Assembly (NCBI GenBank): GCA_964245425.1
Contig: CAXTMV010000001.1
Location: forward strand, 13,979 to 77,978
Length of the DNA: 64,000 bases
Source: an uncultured Flavihumibacter sp.
Lineage (GTDB): Bacteria; Bacteroidota; Bacteroidia; Chitinophagales; Chitinophagaceae
Direction: 5' to 3'
This document shows, piece by piece, positions 55,752 to 64,000 of this stretch. The position numbers and the translations under genes are program-made. The notes under the pieces were generated by a model that was not told the origin of the DNA, ran no database searches, and saw only the letters and a program-made list of their open reading frames with translations. Every line of letters starts with the position of its first letter. Within the stretch, counting starts at the first letter, position 1.

Positions 55752-56786
55752 TTATTTCTTGATCAGTTTATAGATAGCCGGCTTCAATTTTTTGAAAACA
55801 AAGACCGGTACGGAAAACCCTATCAGGATAGCCAGGTAATAATATACCTTTATTTTTATTTTCTGGAATGAACTGATTTCTTTGTACTGCGCAAACCCGG
55901 TGGGGTTTACACCTTTGGCCATGGCAGCCGCTCCCACAAAAGATCCATTGCTCCGGTAATCAATGAACCAGAAAGGAACGGTAAACCGGTATATGTTTTT
56001 CAGTACTTTATAGGTCACTGCTGTCATGTCGGCCCCTGCATCCCTGAATCCTTCCGTTACGGCCCACACTACCTGCCTGAGCCCCCCGTCTATCGGCTTG
56101 AATTCACTCCATTTTTTCATCAGTGTATCGCGGTAAGAATTGGCCATGGAGCCGTCGATCCTGATGTCTTTTATGACCAGCGGAACATTGTACATAAAGA
56201 AACGGCCACCGGCGGTTATAATGCGTGCTGCAAAATACATCTGCACAAAAACACTGCCGTCTGCCTTGCTGGTGTTCACCTGTTCAAAAACATCTTTCCT
56301 GATAAAGATGCCAGCCACATAGCTGAAAGAGCGGTAATATTTTAATGCCACTGCTTCTCCGGAACCGATTACTGCCGTACAAAAGGCCCTGGCCATTACG
56401 GTGTCGGGGCTTTTGTCTTCCGTATAATTACAAAAACCGAGCTCCGGCAATTGTTTTTCCTGCAAAAAATTAACCAGTTGCTGAATGCCGCCGCTCCCGT
56501 TCAGGGTATCGTCGTTCCCCATCATCATGCAATAATCGCCGGTGGCCAGTTCCAGGCTTTTGCGCAGGTTGGCATCATACCCCACATTTACCGGGTGCCG
56601 GTGATAGACCAGCGGGTATTTATAGGCAGCCTGCATTTTTCTGATTTCTTCTTCCGTATTGTCGGTAGAAGCATCATCGCTGATCACTATTTCGATGTGC
56701 GGGTAATCCTGTTCTGCAATAACAGACAGGTTTTTCAGCAGGTATTGTATCCTGTTGTACTGGGGAATGCAAAGAGAAATTTTCAT
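55752..56786 (-). CDS. family 2 glycosyltransferase with C-terminal membrane segments
   Basis: Motifs MKISLCIPQYNR and ISDDASTDNT, a DxD-like GNDDT, and a hydrophobic C-terminus. Confidence 0.8.
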   Translation of the reverse strand: MKISLCIPQYNRIQYLLKNLSVIAEQDYPHIEIVISDDASTDNTEEEIRKMQAAYKYPLVYHRHPVNVGYDANLRKSLELATGDYCMMMGNDDTLNGSGGIQQLVNFLQEKQLPELGFCNYTEDKSPDTVMARAFCTAVIGSGEAVALKYYRSFSYVAGIFIRKDVFEQVNTSKADGSVFVQMYFAARIITAGGRFFMYNVPLVIKDIRIDGSMANSYRDTLMKKWSEFKPIDGGLRQVVWAVTEGFRDAGADMTAVTYKVLKNIYRFTVPFWFIDYRSNGSFVGAAAMAKGVNPTGFAQYKEISSFQKIKIKVYYYLAILIGFSVPVFVFKKLKPAIYKLIKK

Positions 56787-56834
56787 AAGTACGGTCGAAA
56801 AAGCATAAGTATAAATAACAAGTTTATTGTATTG

Positions 56835-57836
56835 TCATAGCCAGGACAAAACGCGCTGCACTCTTTCCCGCCATGACCATTGCTGGCTGCGTGTGGCCTG
56901 CATCCGCAGGGCAACTTGGTGATGTGCGGCTCTTGCCTCCCACAATGTCTTCAATTGCTGGTGTATGCTCTCTACGGTAGCAGGCCAGGCAAGGCGCTGC
57001 ACAGCACCCGGAAAAAGCAAATCTTCAAAAAGACTGTTTTCGGGTGCTTTACCAATCATGACTGTACCCGCTGCAGCTGCTTCAAACCAACGGCAGGTAA
57101 TAGGGTGCAGGTGTCCCGCCCTGTCAGGAGTGGTAAGTTCTACCGGCCAGGAAAAAGTAAATACGCTGTGGTTCAGGTGCCAGGCATATTGCTGGTAAAG
57201 ATCACGCCCATCCAGGTTTTTTTCCCATGAGGCCGCCATCGTGTAATCGTAATAAAGATGATGGTCTGCGCAGAATGATTTTACTGCTTCATGGTAAATA
57301 GGGTTTCTTCGCCCGAAAGCAGAGAAAGGTATTGTACGCTCATGCAGTTGCAGGGGTGTAAAAAAAGATGTATCAGTCGCCTGCTCCAAAGTATACCATT
57401 TCCGGCCGGTTAGCTGCTCCAGATCCGGCACCGCGTCATTGAAAGAAGTAATTAGCATATCCCAGTCGGAATTGCTGAATAATTTCTTAATCAGCGGATA
57501 TTGAGAAGGCAATGTATCAAAAATATACAAGATCTTCTTCTTGTATTGCCCCTGCCAGTTTTTAAACTGATCCAGCTGATAATTTTCGGGTCCCATTAAT
57601 ATGTACCAGGCAATATCTGCTTTTTCATTATTCCAGGCCTGGGGGGGAAACCAGTTACGGTATTTAGCCCGGGTCATGCCATGACCAAAATGTTTTTTTA
57701 ATAGTGGTGATAACCGGTGCACGGGAATTTCTGAAACAGTTGCCCCTGCTTCTTGTATGATAGCTTCTTCAAAAGAACGGAGCGTACCATATTCTTTTCC
57801 TTCGTGAGACATATCTGTAAGAACAACTTGTTTCAT
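56835..57836 (-). CDS. GT-B-like glycosyltransferase (uncharacterised)
   Basis: The C-terminal RWFEAAAAGTVMIG motif is of the CgeB-like GT-B type. 333 aa. Confidence 0.5.
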   Translation of the reverse strand: MKQVVLTDMSHEGKEYGTLRSFEEAIIQEAGATVSEIPVHRLSPLLKKHFGHGMTRAKYRNWFPPQAWNNEKADIAWYILMGPENYQLDQFKNWQGQYKKKILYIFDTLPSQYPLIKKLFSNSDWDMLITSFNDAVPDLEQLTGRKWYTLEQATDTSFFTPLQLHERTIPFSAFGRRNPIYHEAVKSFCADHHLYYDYTMAASWEKNLDGRDLYQQYAWHLNHSVFTFSWPVELTTPDRAGHLHPITCRWFEAAAAGTVMIGKAPENSLFEDLLFPGAVQRLAWPATVESIHQQLKTLWEARAAHHQVALRMQATRSQQWSWRERVQRVLSWL

Positions 57837-57843
57837 AAAAGGA

Positions 57844-59004
57844 TCAGACTTTGAACTTCGCTTTTAAAGTAAGAAAATATTTCTCGAATCCATAATAGGA
57901 AGCCGTACTGACGGCCGCTACCAACAGCAGGTTTACTGGAAGGTAATTCCACGAAAATGCCGCCATTGGAAAATGAGCAGGCGCCAGCAAAAACAATTGC
58001 TGCCATACATAAATACTATATGACAGCCGGCCTACCAGTTTTGCCCCCCGGCTGTTCAGTAACCTGAAGAGAAGATCTTTAGCCGGCATGATATTGCACA
58101 AAATAATGGCAGCAAAAATAATGGCTGTACAAGTGGTACCAAAAGGGAGAAGCAATTTTCCTAACTTTCCATGCAGCGTTGCATATGAAATCAGCCAAAC
58201 CAATAAAAAGCCAGCCAAGGTTATAATAATTTTATACCGGCTAAAAAAAAGAGGATTAATAATTCCTTTACCGGCAATGATAGCAACCATTGACCCGATA
58301 AAGATGCTGTCTGCATCGTTGATAAAAGGTGCCAGCAGAACTTTTGCAAAGGAAGGATGGTAATAAACAAACACCCTTAACAGGGGCGCAATGGCAATGA
58401 ATAGCGCAGCCACAACAATGGCCAGCCGAGTACTTTTTTTAAACACGGATGGCCATAGGAGATAATATTGCTCTTCCACCGCCAGTGACCAACTGTGTAC
58501 GATTGACCAGTTGGAAGAAGTAATAATAAAATTTGTGAGATAAAGGGCTGCCATGCCGAAAGCCAGTTTATCGGTTGGCAGGTGCAAATACCAGCCGATT
58601 GCCAGCACTACCAGTATATAAAGATAAAAAACCGGAAAAATGCGAAGAAAACGCCGAATGTAAAATTTTTTCAGGTTAATACCGCGCGTGTTGATTTTCT
58701 CTTTAATCAGCAAAGTAGTAATCAAAAATCCACTGATTACAAAGAAAAGCTTTACACCCAGTTGGCCGCCGCCAAAAATTGTATCCAGGATTTGAAATCC
58801 TGTTGCGGGCATGTTCAATGAATTCCGCAGATGCCCTGCCAAAACCCATAAAATAGCAACCGCTCTCAAACCATCCAACGAGGGTATGTTATTTATGGAA
58901 AGATAAGAGGGCATGTTAAAAGAACCTCTCCAAAAAATTGTCAGTGCTTTTTTGATCATGTAAACAAAGAACTTATTCTTTCCATCAACACCTGGCGATG
59001 CCAC
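57844..59004 (-). CDS. membrane acyltransferase family 3 (sugar O-acyltransferase)
   Basis: Motifs LDGLRAVAILWVLAGH and FFVISGFLIT, with about 10 TM segments. Confidence 0.85.
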   Translation of the reverse strand: MASPGVDGKNKFFVYMIKKALTIFWRGSFNMPSYLSINNIPSLDGLRAVAILWVLAGHLRNSLNMPATGFQILDTIFGGGQLGVKLFFVISGFLITTLLIKEKINTRGINLKKFYIRRFLRIFPVFYLYILVVLAIGWYLHLPTDKLAFGMAALYLTNFIITSSNWSIVHSWSLAVEEQYYLLWPSVFKKSTRLAIVVAALFIAIAPLLRVFVYYHPSFAKVLLAPFINDADSIFIGSMVAIIAGKGIINPLFFSRYKIIITLAGFLLVWLISYATLHGKLGKLLLPFGTTCTAIIFAAIILCNIMPAKDLLFRLLNSRGAKLVGRLSYSIYVWQQLFLLAPAHFPMAAFSWNYLPVNLLLVAAVSTASYYGFEKYFLTLKAKFKV

Positions 59005-59021
59005 GATAATCAGCTACAGTC

Positions 59022-60197
59022 TTATACAATTCGCACATTACTTTTTCGGTTTTCGGCCATAGAACCGATAATTTTTTCAATCCGCCCAACCTGATTGGCA
59101 TATGTGTTCATGCGTGCATACGCTTTCCGTTTCTCCTGCAGACCTGGATTGTTGTGAAACCGAAGATTTTGCATCACTTCCTTAAACAGGCGCAGAAGCC
59201 CATGGTTATTATTGCGGCTACGGACCATCTGTAGCAGTTCAGGTTTATCTTGATAAGCAGATACATTATTGGCAATGATTACTTTACCGGTACTCAGGTA
59301 TTCCATTATTTTATGGTAATTGGTACCCCTGCTCTGATCTCTTTCTACATCATAACATATCAGGAAAGCATCCATGCGTTGTAAGGCAAGCGCCAACTGA
59401 ACCTGGTTGATGGGACCGTGCATAAGCAGGCCAAGATTTTTCAGCTCTTCCAGGAAGGCTTTTGTTTCTTCTGTTGCCGAGCCGCCTATATTATTATTGG
59501 CTGTTGAAAAAGGTCCCCAGTATTCAAAAACAACAGCATGGTTTTCAGCAATGATCTTTAAAAGCGTTGGGCGGTCAACATCTTCCCGCAGCAGGTTGCC
59601 GGAGATACCTACATGAATATTTTTTTTATCGGCCGGGCCGCTAACCGGCACAGACAGAAAATCGTCTCCGATGCCATGGTTGATGAGGTGCCTGGGTTGT
59701 GCAAAGCCACTGTATTTCTCCAGTATTTCAGTTGTAACAGAAAAAATAACCTGCGAACCTTCTGCTGCCCGGATGGCTTCTGCGTTGGGCGGCTCATCTA
59801 CCGGCTGGAATATCTTGAAGGGCTTTTTACCGAAAAATTTAAATGGATACAGGTGTCCCTGGTCGAAAGACCAGACAATATCTACCTGCCTGTTTAGCTG
59901 TTGCAATATTTTTTTAACGTGAAAGCGCATCAGCCAGTGAAATAACCAGAGGGCATGAAATTTAAACACGAATGGAAAAGACAGGCGGTGATCGATTATA
60001 AACAGGTTATGGTGGGTACAGGATGTGCTGATCTGTACCTGGCCGGGCTTTTTATTACCTCCTGTCTCCGGCGGATTCAGAAAGTATACCCGGTTCCCCA
60101 TTTTGGCCAAGGCAATGGCATAATGATGTTTCGAAATAAACATCTGCCCCCAGGCCTGGGGCGAAACGATCACAATGGTCTTGTTTTTCAAAGGCAT
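59022..60197 (-). CDS. GT-B glycosyltransferase
   Basis: 391 aa. The C-terminal NYHKIMEYLSTGKVIIANN resembles the GT1/GT4 family. Confidence 0.6.
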   Translation of the reverse strand: MPLKNKTIVIVSPQAWGQMFISKHHYAIALAKMGNRVYFLNPPETGGNKKPGQVQISTSCTHHNLFIIDHRLSFPFVFKFHALWLFHWLMRFHVKKILQQLNRQVDIVWSFDQGHLYPFKFFGKKPFKIFQPVDEPPNAEAIRAAEGSQVIFSVTTEILEKYSGFAQPRHLINHGIGDDFLSVPVSGPADKKNIHVGISGNLLREDVDRPTLLKIIAENHAVVFEYWGPFSTANNNIGGSATEETKAFLEELKNLGLLMHGPINQVQLALALQRMDAFLICYDVERDQSRGTNYHKIMEYLSTGKVIIANNVSAYQDKPELLQMVRSRNNNHGLLRLFKEVMQNLRFHNNPGLQEKRKAYARMNTYANQVGRIEKIIGSMAENRKSNVRIV

Positions 60198-60305
60198 CCT
60201 CAGGGCTAGATTTAGTAGTAGTAGTAAGCGTTTACCTTTATCTAAACCTGAAAATAAGCCTAAAAAACTATTTCGGGTGCATTTATCTAAACAAATTAAG
60301 TGTTT

Positions 60306-61334
60306 TTACTTATGTTTTAATGTCTGCAAGCCCTGCTTTTTGGCCGCCTGCTGGTAGATTTTTTCAATAATGGCTACGGTCTTCATTCCTTCTTCCGTGC
60401 TGATATAAACCGGTTCCTTGTTTTGCAGAAAGGCGACCAGGTTTTCATATACTTTGTCGTGATTACTCATAGAGCCCTGGTATTTGCCATAGTCATTGGC
60501 CCCTTTGCCTGCGGGCAGGTTCTCTATTGTATATCCCTCAATATCCTGGTAATCTATCCGGTTCAGGTATTCACCGCCAATTTTTACCGTTCCTTTTTCA
60601 CCGAAAATGGTCAGTGACCCTTCCATGTTTTTGCAATGGCTGTTTACGGTATAATGCAGGGTACCGGTAATGCCGTTTGTAAATTCAAGTAGTACCACAC
60701 CGGTATCTTCAAAATCAATGATTCCCTTGTGCGCATAATTATTCAGTATGGCGGCCACCTGTTTCACGTCTCCGATCATCCAATACAACAGGTCAATAAA
60801 ATGACTGAACTGCGTAAACAAGGTACCGCCATCCATTTCCATGGTACCCTTCCAGGAATTATGGTAGTAAGCGGCGTCGCGGTTCCAGAAACAATTCAGC
60901 TGTATGCTGTAAATACGCCCCAGCCGGTTTTCGGTCAATAATTTTTTCACGGCCTGAACAGGCGGGTTAAACCGGTTCTGTTTTACCACGAAAAGGCTTT
61001 TGCCGACCTTTGCTGCTGCATCCATCATGGCCGCGCAATCAAGCGATGTCAGCGCCATCGGCTTTTCGCACAAGACATGTATGCCGGCTTCCAGTGCCTG
61101 GATGCTCTGTGCTGCATGAAGCCCATTGGGCGTACAAACCGTTACCACATCAAGGCCGGTTTCGGCGGCCAGCATGGCGTCGAGGCTGTAATAGGCTTTC
61201 GCATCAAATGCCTGTGCGAGTGCGTCGGCTTTCTCTTTTACCGTATCGCAAACGGCTACCAGTTTTCCGTTTCGGGCAATATGTTCTGCATGTCTTTGTG
61301 CAATACGTCCACAACCCACCAATGCAAATCTCAT
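60306..61334 (-). CDS. Gfo/Idh/MocA-family oxidoreductase (WbpB-like sugar-nucleotide dehydrogenase)
   Basis: N-terminal Rossmann motif MRFALVGCGRIAQRH, EKP motif (LCEKPMA), 342 aa, polysaccharide-locus context. Confidence 0.8.
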   Translation of the reverse strand: MRFALVGCGRIAQRHAEHIARNGKLVAVCDTVKEKADALAQAFDAKAYYSLDAMLAAETGLDVVTVCTPNGLHAAQSIQALEAGIHVLCEKPMALTSLDCAAMMDAAAKVGKSLFVVKQNRFNPPVQAVKKLLTENRLGRIYSIQLNCFWNRDAAYYHNSWKGTMEMDGGTLFTQFSHFIDLLYWMIGDVKQVAAILNNYAHKGIIDFEDTGVVLLEFTNGITGTLHYTVNSHCKNMEGSLTIFGEKGTVKIGGEYLNRIDYQDIEGYTIENLPAGKGANDYGKYQGSMSNHDKVYENLVAFLQNKEPVYISTEEGMKTVAIIEKIYQQAAKKQGLQTLKHK

Positions 61335-61350
61335 GGTACTTGTTTTTTTG

Positions 61351-62517
61351 TTACTTGAATAGTCTACGCATTTTTGCTGTTTTAATGAGTAAACGCATGT
61401 ATTGGTTGTGCAAGTGGGTGTCTGTTTTAAAGGCAGTATGCGGCTTTACCGGCAACTGCATGATAGCTGAGAAGGCGGCTTCGGTAAGCCCCAGCTTTTT
61501 TAATACGTAATTTTTATCCTGCTCTTTTTCTGTTTCCGTGAGCAAGGGCTTTTCCAGTTTTTCTACTGCCTGCTGCCGGGTTAACTGGCCTGAACAGATC
61601 AGGGTAGACAGGTGCGCCTTTCGTTTATCGATGTGAAATTTTTCCGGCAGGATATAAGCCTGGAAAAATTTGGTAAAAACAGATTCATAGTGTTTGCCGC
61701 CATAGTCGCGCCAGCCAAGTTCCTGCTGCAACAGTGTTTTAGCGGCTTCCTTGTTATAGTCCAGGTAGTTCAGCACAGAGACCGGTCTTAATTTAAGGAT
61801 GGCAGAATAATAGACATGCTTCCTGAAATTAAAAGTGGGGTATGTCTTCAACGGTTTCTTTCCATACCTCCCGTGAATGTCTTTAAGGTTGGCATAGTCC
61901 ATTTTCCGGTACAACCAGGAGGGCGGCATAATATATTCTGTTACCAGGTTGGTACCACTGATGATATAGCCGATCTTTTTTTCTTTTGCCAGTTTATACA
62001 GGGTTGAAAAAATAGCATGATCGGATACCACTTCAATATCTACCACCGATGCCTGCAGGTAAGCCAGCTGAATATCCCTGAACTCTTCCCAGTTTACGAC
62101 CAGCGTATACAGGTCAATGCCCAGGCGACTGGTGATTCTTTCAATATTCTCTACAGCCAGCGCCGAATTCCATCCGTTGTCGAGGTGTACCGCCAATGGC
62201 CGTAAGCCATATTGTTTTACCAGCCAAGCTACATAACTGCTGTCTATTCCGCCACTGAGCCCGATCAGGCAATCGTATTGTTTTCCCTGCCCGTTTTTTT
62301 TTATCCCGGCTACCAGTTTTTCGGTGGCTTCTTTGCCCGCAGTTCCTGTCAGCAGTTGCTTTTTTTCGGCAGCCCGGTATTCATGGTAATAATTACAGAC
62401 GCCGTTTTCGTCAAACCGAATATCCGGATCTGCGATATTATCCATCACGGTGATGGTGCATTGCCGGTAGCCGGCGGCGTCTTTTGATACAATCATAGAT
62501 CTGTAAAACAGTAACAT
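61351..62517 (-). CDS. N-acetyl-sugar amidotransferase (WbpG/PP-loop type)
   Basis: PP-loop motif GLSGGIDSSY and the N-terminal Cys-containing segment CTITVMDNIADPDIRFDENGVCNYY are typical of the LPS amidotransferase family. Confidence 0.8.
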   Translation of the reverse strand: MLLFYRSMIVSKDAAGYRQCTITVMDNIADPDIRFDENGVCNYYHEYRAAEKKQLLTGTAGKEATEKLVAGIKKNGQGKQYDCLIGLSGGIDSSYVAWLVKQYGLRPLAVHLDNGWNSALAVENIERITSRLGIDLYTLVVNWEEFRDIQLAYLQASVVDIEVVSDHAIFSTLYKLAKEKKIGYIISGTNLVTEYIMPPSWLYRKMDYANLKDIHGRYGKKPLKTYPTFNFRKHVYYSAILKLRPVSVLNYLDYNKEAAKTLLQQELGWRDYGGKHYESVFTKFFQAYILPEKFHIDKRKAHLSTLICSGQLTRQQAVEKLEKPLLTETEKEQDKNYVLKKLGLTEAAFSAIMQLPVKPHTAFKTDTHLHNQYMRLLIKTAKMRRLFK

Positions 62518-62527
62518 CCAGGGCTTT

Positions 62528-63304
62528 TCATGCCCTATCCACCTGCGAAAAAAACTGTTCCTGCAACTGTTGTTGGGAGGGATAACTAATCAATACTGCT
62601 TTGTGCGGCCGCTGTAAGACAAACATGCTGCCAGCCGCTACTGCCGAGGCACCTGCGCGAACCGCTGTGGCAAAATCAGCCAAAGAAGCAGCACCCCCTG
62701 CAGCTATAACGGGTATGCGTACGGCCGAACTTACCAGGCTGATCAATGCGGGGGAATACCCGGCAAAACTTCCGTCTTTATCGATATCCTGTAATAAAAG
62801 CTCACCAGCGCCGGCGGTTTCCATATTGCGCGCAAACGCCACAGGGTCTATACCGGTTTTTACAGACCCGTTATTACCGTATACTTTATACTGTCCCCAG
62901 GCATTTTTCTTAACATCCATTGAAACAACAATACTTTGGCTGCCTGCCCACCTGGCGGCTTCCTGTATTAAGCCGGGGTTGGTGATGGCGCTTTGGTTGA
63001 TGATCACTTTTTCTATTCCGCTGTTGATCATCTCTTTTATTTGATTGATGCTGCTGATGCCGCCGCCACAGGCGAGGGGCATAAATGCTTCGCCCGCCAG
63101 TTGTTTTAACTGGCTGATGCGGGGACCGCGCTTTTCTGCCGTGGCAGATATATCGAGCACCACCATCTCATCTACTTCTTTCTCGTTGAATATCTTTACT
63201 GCGTTAATCGGATCGCCAATGTATTGGTGATTCCGGAACCGGACAGATTTAACCAGTCCGCCGTTTTGTATCAATAAAACCGGTATCACGCGGATCCTTT
63301 TCAT
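62528..63304 (-). CDS. HisF-like imidazole-glycerol-phosphate-synthase cyclase-subunit paralogue
   Basis: Motifs RVIPVLLIQNGGLVKS and ACGGGI. TIM-barrel HisF pattern. Confidence 0.8.
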   Translation of the reverse strand: MKRIRVIPVLLIQNGGLVKSVRFRNHQYIGDPINAVKIFNEKEVDEMVVLDISATAEKRGPRISQLKQLAGEAFMPLACGGGISSINQIKEMINSGIEKVIINQSAITNPGLIQEAARWAGSQSIVVSMDVKKNAWGQYKVYGNNGSVKTGIDPVAFARNMETAGAGELLLQDIDKDGSFAGYSPALISLVSSAVRIPVIAAGGAASLADFATAVRAGASAVAAGSMFVLQRPHKAVLISYPSQQQLQEQFFSQVDRA

Positions 63305-63316
63305 GCTGACCCACCA

Positions 63317-63934
63317 CTAATAATATTTTACAAAATTTTCCAGCAGCTTCAATCCATATTTATGGCTTTTTTCGGGGTGAAACTGTACAGCCACTATATT
63401 ATCACGTTCAAGCGCAGCCGTAAATGGCTGTCCATGTGTAGCCGATGCCAGCACATCTGCCCCATTATCTGCCGTTACATGATAGGAATGCACAAAATAG
63501 AAACGCGGTTCGGGGTACATATCCGTAAACAAGCGGGAGGACTTATTTAGCGTTAGATCTGTCCAGCCCATATGCGGTATCCTGCAACCATCCGGCAGCT
63601 GGTCCGCGTTGAATTTGATTGTTTTCCCTTTTATCCAGCCAAGACCAGGCAATACACCTTCGTCGCTTCCTTCCGTCATCAACTGCATGCCTACACAGAT
63701 GCCCAATACGGGTATATGATCTTCCATCACTTTTTTTTGCAGTATGCGCTGCAGGCCGGCTTCCTGCAGTTTGCCTGCGCAGGTATCAAAGGCACCCACT
63801 CCCGGCAATATCAGTTTACCTGCTTTTTCAAGTTCGTCTTCTGTACCGGCAGTATGAGCTGTTACACCCATTTTTGCCAGCATATTTTGTATGGAAAAAA
63901 CATTCCCCGCACCGTAATCAACAATAGAAATCAT
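63317..63934 (-). CDS. HisH-like glutamine amidotransferase paralogue
   Basis: Motifs MISIVDYGAGNVFS and LGICVGMQL (catalytic Cys) and a C-terminal VAVQFHPEKS. Confidence 0.85.
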   Translation of the reverse strand: MISIVDYGAGNVFSIQNMLAKMGVTAHTAGTEDELEKAGKLILPGVGAFDTCAGKLQEAGLQRILQKKVMEDHIPVLGICVGMQLMTEGSDEGVLPGLGWIKGKTIKFNADQLPDGCRIPHMGWTDLTLNKSSRLFTDMYPEPRFYFVHSYHVTADNGADVLASATHGQPFTAALERDNIVAVQFHPEKSHKYGLKLLENFVKYY

Positions 63935-64000
63935 GGGGCTAGTCCATCTCCATGTTAAAGATCCTGCAAAAACGCCTCAAGGCCATTGCCCTAAAATAGA

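Noticed and set aside
62528-63934. HisF/HisH as part of histidine biosynthesis
   Set aside because: No other his genes are adjacent. The pair follows a WbpG-type amidotransferase inside a polysaccharide operon. I interpret them as pathway-specific paralogues.
63935-64000. Possible 3' end of another minus-strand gene at the right window edge
   Set aside because: All three minus-strand frames contain stops within this 66-nt stretch, so no ORF enters from the edge. I treat it as intergenic and probably a promoter region.
1-64000. CRISPR arrays, tRNA/rRNA genes, transposases, integrases and prophage modules
   Set aside because: I found no regularly spaced direct repeats, no cloverleaf-like or rRNA-like segments in the intergenic regions, and no ORF with DDE, tyrosine or serine recombinase or phage structural motifs. 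A tRNAscan/Infernal run would be needed for formal exclusion.

Overview
This 64-kb chromosomal segment looks Bacteroidota-like: it has a T9SS C-terminal sorting domain, a propeller/Y_Y_Y LytS-type kinase, a TAnnTTTG-type promoter box and a zeaxanthin cluster. All family calls were made by eye from motifs in the translated ORFs. No database, profile or folding search was run.

The window has four blocks.

(1) nt 1-15,020, + strand. This is an almost gap-free operon of at least five very large proteins: at least 431 aa (5'-truncated at the window edge), 1855, 696, 860 and about 1146 aa. None has a signal peptide. I recognise no family except a PhoD-like metallophosphatase core in the 860-aa protein. 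A leaderless PLC/AcpA-type phosphoesterase gene converges on the operon's 3' end. This block is my best candidate for an undescribed multi-protein system.

(2) 16.8-32.5 kb. A mixed region containing:
- a tandem-domain lipoprotein
- a YbjN-like protein and a membrane protein
- a LytS-type kinase with a LytTR regulator
- nhaA
- a molybdopterin operon (moaD-moeB-moaE-moaC/B)
- fabF
- a Met-rich putative outer-membrane protein
- a T9SS-sorted clan GH-A glycosidase

(3) 32.6-39.0 kb. A carotenoid cluster (crtY, crtZ, idi, crtB, crtI) preceded by an ECF sigma factor and a CarH-type B12 photoreceptor regulator. A 12-bp inverted repeat overlaps the putative sigma/crt promoter.

(4) 39.2-63.9 kb. A polysaccharide biosynthesis locus of about 25 kb, entirely on the minus strand. 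Its unusual parts are:
- a fused-E1 / lipoyl-E2 / carrier-protein-PPTase cassette
- a GT9 gene interrupted by an in-frame TAA
- a WbpG-HisH-HisF acetamidino module

I recognised no rRNA, tRNA, CRISPR array, transposase or integrase.
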